Positions 63,384-64,000 of a stretch of 64,000 nt of DNA are shown piece by piece. The notes below the pieces were generated by a model. It had not been told where the DNA came from, searched no databases, and was given only the letters and a program-made list of their open reading frames with translations. Each line of letters opens with the position of its first letter. Positions within the stretch are counted from its first letter, which is position 1. The DNA is taken from the NCBI GenBank assembly GCA_963772365.1, contig CAVYXA010000003.1:480001-544000 (forward strand). Reading direction: 5' to 3'. Both the position numbers and the translations under genes were made by a program. The stretch is from an uncultured Verrucomicrobiae bacterium (GTDB taxonomy: Bacteria > Verrucomicrobiota > Verrucomicrobiia > Chthoniobacterales > UBA10450).

Positions 63384-64000
63384 ATGACTAAGGAGCAACT
63401 TAAACAACTCGAAAAGGATCTTTGGGATGCCGCGGACAATCTGCGCGCGAATTCAGATCTTAAATCGAGCGAGTATTCGACGCCGGTTCTCGGTCTGATC
63501 TTTCTTAAGTTCGCCGACAACAACTACCGTCGGCACGAAGCGGAAATCATTTCCGAGTATCAGAAACTCAAGGGGACTCGGCGCGAGAAGAAGTTGTCTG
63601 ATATCGCGATCGAGAAGTGCGGATTTTATCTGCCCGATCACGCTCGCTACGATTACCTGCTCAAGCTGCCGGAGAGCAAAGACATCGCCAGGGCGCTGAA
63701 GGAGGCGATGAAGGACATCGAGAAATACAAGCCCGAGCTGGAAGGCGTTTTACCGAAGGACGAATATTTCAAACTCACGCGCGATCCGAAGACGCGCACC
63801 ATTCCTAACGATCTGCTGAAAAACTTCGCCAATATCCCGTCGGATGCCGGCGGCGATCTGCTGGGACAAATCTACGAATATTTCCTCGGTGAATTTGCTC
63901 GCAGTGAAGGGCACCGAGGCGGTGAATTCTTCACCCCGCGCTCGGTCGTCCGCTTGATGGTCGAGATCATAGAGCCGCACGGCGGGAAAGTGTTCGATCC
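63384..64000 (+). CDS. hsdM: Type I restriction-modification methyltransferase subunit (3'-truncated)
   Basis: MTKEQLKQLEKDLWDAADNLRANS...VLGLIFLKF...GQIYEYFLGEFA...GEFFTPRSVV...VFDP; absent from the ORF track. Confidence 0.93.
   Translation, partial: MTKEQLKQLEKDLWDAADNLRANSDLKSSEYSTPVLGLIFLKFADNNYRRHEAEIISEYQKLKGTRREKKLSDIAIEKCGFYLPDHARYDYLLKLPESKDIARALKEAMKDIEKYKPELEGVLPKDEYFKLTRDPKTRTIPNDLLKNFANIPSDAGGDLLGQIYEYFLGEFARSEGHRGGEFFTPRSVVRLMVEIIEPHGGKVFD

Overview
Bacterial chromosomal window of about 55% GC. Gene content and protein styles suggest a soil verrucomicrobium (Chthoniobacterales/Spartobacteria-like); this is an inference. Many single-base frameshifts cluster at about 20 kb, 32-43 kb and 55-61 kb and look like long-read indel errors rather than pseudogenes. 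Left end (minus strand): a complete selenocysteine operon, Rdx/SelW-like selenoprotein - tRNA-Sec (selC) - Sec-containing SelD - selA - selB. The ORF track misses the Rdx gene and selB and truncates selD; both in-frame UGA codons are followed by SECIS-like hairpins with the same AGUUU apex. Upstream lie DsbA-VKOR, a CusRS-like two-component pair, a TonB-dependent receptor and two outer-membrane proteins, with two copies of a conserved structured element. Middle: housekeeping genes (ileS, lspA, cca, ftsH, ligA, kamA-like, kinase-MurQ fusion), two large secreted beta-propeller proteins sharing a C-terminal dockerin-like module, and an ECF sigma/anti-sigma operon with a catalytically dead HtrA. 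Right end: an alternative complex III operon (actA-G) followed by a cbb3-type CcoN homologue that has lost its CuB/high-spin-haem ligands, CcoO, a cytochrome c, an ORF6N gene with a duplicated internal DNA palindrome, and the start of a type I R-M hsdM. Several families of miniature palindromic (REP-like) elements occur throughout, some inserted in frame in essential genes (ileS, ligA twice) and one supplying the selA stop and selB start. Best novelty candidates: the ACIII-linked dead oxidase module, the coding-embedded palindromic elements, the dockerin-tailed secreted family, and the repeated structured RNA-like motif.
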